Origin: the human T2T-CHM13v2.0 reference genome, Homo sapiens
Assembly (NCBI RefSeq): GCF_009914755.1
Contig: NC_060927.1
Direction: 5' to 3' (one strand)
Length of the DNA: 64,000 nt
The notes beneath the pieces were generated by a model. It saw nothing but the letters and a program-made list of their open reading frames with translations. It was not told the DNA's origin and made no database searches. Shown piece by piece: positions 60,208 to 64,000 of the stretch (the first letter of the stretch is position 1; every line of letters begins with the position of its first letter). Position numbers and translations under genes: made by a program.

Positions 60208-61879
60208 CTGTGGGTTTGCTATAACTCTTAGGGCCATTCTAATTGTGGGCACTGACTTTAGGTGACTTCAGATAGAAACTTGTTCTGCTATTCTCTTGAG
60301 TCTTTCAACTCAGAAATGAACCTTTTCAAAGTCCAGAATGGTTTCAGGAGTGTGCTCTGAGGGTGGTGGAGCTGGTATTTAGCATTGAACCTGGGAAACA
60401 GGGTTAGGTTGTCCAAATGCCTCCTCCACCCTAAACCCCAAGGGCAGACAAGAATTTGGAATCTGCAGATTCTCCTTATCTGGGGTGGAAACCATGGAGT
60501 TTCCAGGCAACATTCTCAATGCAGACTTTGGAGTTTCTCACTTGGTCTTGAGACCCTATTTCTGTTCTCTGAAGCTCCTGATCATTTTCCTTTTTGCCCA
60601 GGCCCTGATCTCTGTTTTTAACTTAGTCTGATAAATTGAAATAATCTCTGATCTGTTTCTTTTTTCTAAGTTGGTTTCTTGGAAGGGTAAGGCTTTCATA
60701 ATTCTGATAAGTTTTACCACTTTTTTCCCTGCCCCTCATTTGGGAGGCAGGTAACTTCAAATTTCCAGGCTATATGATTGTCTTTAGAGCAGAGTAATTT
60801 TTGAGCTTGGTTTGAGCATCTTATTACAGGAATTAATTAACTCAAAGTCATTCTGGTGCACCTTTCCAGAAATGAGAAGCAGTCATGTCCTCCCTGACAT
60901 TTGTTTTCTGAGCTCCTGTGTTTTCAGGTCTTATAGGTAAATGTGTCTTACAAGGCTAGTATCTTTGCATGACTATAATACAAAGTCACCATAATGGTTA
61001 ACTTAAACAATTACTCATCATTACAACAAATTTGAAAAATGTAAAATTAAATAAAAGGCAAGATTATAAAAAAATACTATTCCAATATGGTCCCTTTTTA
61101 TTCTGTCTGGTCACTGTACTTTCCTGTTGGTTTAACCACCCATAAACTAGGTCACAGAGTGTGTAAGTAGAGCCATTTTTAATTTGTCTGGACTCACCAA
61201 GATGTGGCATCTATTTCTTCACACGCTCATGAAGTTAGTGGATCATTACCTTTGATTTATTGGAAAGTCTGAAGCTCTCGTCTGTAAGAAGGAACTATTT
61301 CTCTTACTCTTTTGCCCTGAATTATTTTCTCCTTCCCTAATCAAGAATTTTATCAAATTTTTCTTTACTTTTCTAACTACTCAAGAACATCACCTAGAAG
61401 TGATAATATTAAGACTTTCATATGAAAAGCAAGTTAGTCTAATTATAATAGCACTGAACTGCATTTTTATATATAATGTGAGGTTTTCTTTGAGTTTTGG
61501 GGAGGGATGGTTAACTCTGTTTACTGAAAGATATATTTAGAGGTCCAAGTAATATAACCAATTGGCAAGGGAGAATATATTAGAGAATAAACTGATTTTA
61601 ATTGCTAATTTTAATGTGGCTAATTGCTGTTCATCCTCTAAGATGTAACTCAGGCATCGCTTCATGTAGGAAGAATTCTCTGAATTTCCTCATCCCCACC
61701 CAAAAGCACTAGGTAGGCAAACCAGGATCTACGGTCATCCTATATAATGCTCTGTCTAAATCTCAAAGTGCTTACCACATTGATTGATGTCCTATAATCA
61801 CACAGAATCAGTGAATGATAGAATGCAGAAAAAGGTGTGGTATAGTGATGGTTTATGTGGACATGTAGAAGGTGCCATT

Positions 61880-62125
61880 CCTTCCAATGGTTAAACACTT
61901 CACCTCTGCAGCCTCAGTTCAAATCTCAGCTCCCTTACTAACTGTGTAACCTTGAGCAAGTCACTTAAACAATCTGTGCCTCAGCTTTCCCCATCTGTAG
62001 AATGAGGATAATGATATCTATTTAACAGGATTGTTGAGAGAGTTAAATGAATTACATATGCAAAATGCTTAGAAGAGCACCTGATGCATAGTATACGTGC
62101 CGTATAAATATTAGCTATTTATTGT
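61880..62125 (+). mobile_element. MIR
   Basis: CTGTGTAACCTTGAGCAAGTCACTTAAAC…GTGCCTCAG…CATCTGTAG core. Confidence 0.82.
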
Positions 62126-62707
62126 TATGGCATGTAGTTGGCCTAATAGAAGAGGTAGAATTTGAACTGAAGTTGAAGAATAAGTGTATCTGAGTATATA
62201 GAGACAAGCTGCCAGTATGTGTGTACACATTTCTATGTGGCTGTAAAGATTAGCAGTTACAGTGTTGTAAGTAGGTGTTTTCATTTTATGTCTACAGGTT
62301 TCCAGCCACTGCACTGGGTTAGGAAAGTAATTCTACAGTTTTTGACCCAGCAGAACTTAGAGTCCACTTCCCTTCTACTGATCTCATGATAGACACTGAT
62401 ATGTTCATAATGGCATTCTTTCCAACGAGCAGGTATAGCTTCAAAGTTCTTCACAACATGACCTTCTAGGGTGGCCCTGCCAGTGATCACAAGAGCCGAT
62501 AAGAGAAAAACACACACACTATTCCCAGAGGAGTCATTCTTTTCACAGCAGAGAAACTGGATCCCAGAGAAGTGAAGTCACTTGTCCAAGGCCACACACA
62601 GGCAGCCAGAGCAAGAAGAACTGGGGTCACTCTACCCTCTGAGGGGTGATTATCTTTCCATCGTCCATATCACTTGTTTATCTCAGTTTCTAACTAAAAT
62701 TTTCTGC

Positions 62708-63663
62708 CACAAATATTTGCAAACTATTCATCTGACAAAAGTCTAATATGTAGAATCTCTAAGGAACTTAAACAACTCAACAAGAAAAAAAAAACCCATT
62801 AACAAGGGGGCAAATGACATGAACAGACATTTCTCAAAAGAAGACCTACAAGTGACCAACAAAAATATGAAAAAATGCTCATCATCACTAATCATCAGAG
62901 AAATGCAGATTAAAACCACAGTGAGATACCATCTCACACCAATTGGAATGGCTATTATTAAAAACTCAAAAAATGACAGATGTTGGTCAGGATAAGGAGA
63001 AAAGAGAATGTTTACACATTGTTGGTGGGAATGTAAATGAGTTCAGTCTCTGTGGAATAGATTGGAGTATTCTCAAAGACCTAAAAATAGAACTGCCATT
63101 TGATCCAGCAATCCCATTACTGGGTATGTACCCGAAGGAAAATGAATCATTCTACCAAAAAGACACATGCACTCATGTATTTATTGCAGCACCATTCACA
63201 ATGGCAAAGTTATAGAATCAACCTAGATACCCATCAATGGTGGACTGGATAAAGAAGATGTGGTACCTATGCACCATGGAAAACTACGAAGCCGTAAAAA
63301 GTAATGAAATTATGTCCTTTGCAGTAACATGAATGTAGCTGGAGGCCATTATCCTAAATGAATTAATGCAGGAACAGAAAATCAAATATTACATGTTCTC
63401 ACTTATCTGTGGGAGCTAAACAAGGGGTATACACAGACATAAAGAGAGAAAAAATAGACACAGGAGACTTCAAAAGAAGAGAAGGAGGGAGGGGGGCAAG
63501 AGTTGTAAAACTACCTTTTGGGTACTACGTTCACTGTTTGGGTTCAATACAAGCACAAAAAGCACATTATGCAATATATTCATTATATCCTTATGTCTGT
63601 GTAACCAACCTGCATATGTACCCCCTAAATCTTAAACAAACAAACAAACAGCAACAAAAAAAA
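62708..63663 (+). mobile_element. 5'-truncated LINE-1 (L1PB4-like 3' end)
   Basis: AAATATTTGCAAACTATTCATCTGAC…GATCCAGCAATCCCATTACTGGG…AACCTGCATATGTACCCC followed by an A-rich tail. Confidence 0.88.
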
Positions 63664-63759
63664 CCCACACCAGTGCTGGAGCCAGGTCTGGGTCCAAATA
63701 AGTTTGTTAAAAAAAAGTTCTGCCACCAATTATATTGGTACAGGCTTAGATGGTGGAAG

Positions 63760-63840
63760 CATATATACGTATACACAAATATATATGTGTATGTATATAT
63801 GTATGTATATATTAAATTATGTATGTGTGTATAGATATAT
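63760..63840. repeat. (TA/TG)n low-complexity tract
   Basis: ATATATGTGTATGTATATATG…. Confidence 0.8.
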
Positions 63841-64000
63841 CACATTGAATACATATAACTGCAAGTAATTAAAAACAAAAGGAAGCAAGGTACATTCATT
63901 GATCCATGAGGTGCCCTATTGTGATATTATTGTGAAATGCATAAAGCTTTGCATGCTCTGCAGTAGTGCTGATGGTACTATCTATCTGGCTTAACCAAAT

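Overview
Repeat-dense primate genomic DNA, almost certainly human, because it carries an AluY with all six AluYg6 diagnostic changes. I find no intact protein-coding gene, tRNA/rRNA, CRISPR array or CpG island. The only gene-derived features are two minus-strand processed pseudogenes about 2.4 kb apart, from EEF1G (~47.6-49.0 kb) and PSMC1 (~51.4-53.0 kb). From memory, unverified, this pair fits EEF1GP4/PSMC1P7 at 3q26.1 between NMD3 and SPTSSB. The rest is mostly interspersed repeats: L1s (an L1PB-type with six nested insertions; a 3'-truncated L1M 5' half), many Alus, solo LTRs (LTR22-, MLT2A-, MER66-, MER65-, THE1-, MST-, MLT1-like), a full-length Tigger1, MIR and L2. The most unusual signals are local copy-and-paste scars: a 188-bp duplication flanking a one-ended THE1 LTR with fold-back filler, a 181-bp unique-sequence duplication ending exactly at a 12-bp hairpin, and a 91-bp LTR piece copied into a MIR 2 kb away. 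There is also a tentative set of plus-strand exon-like segments that could be a decayed gene or lncRNA. Repeat subfamily names come from recalled consensus sequences, and boundaries of old repeats are approximate. I see no convincing evidence of a novel multi-gene system.
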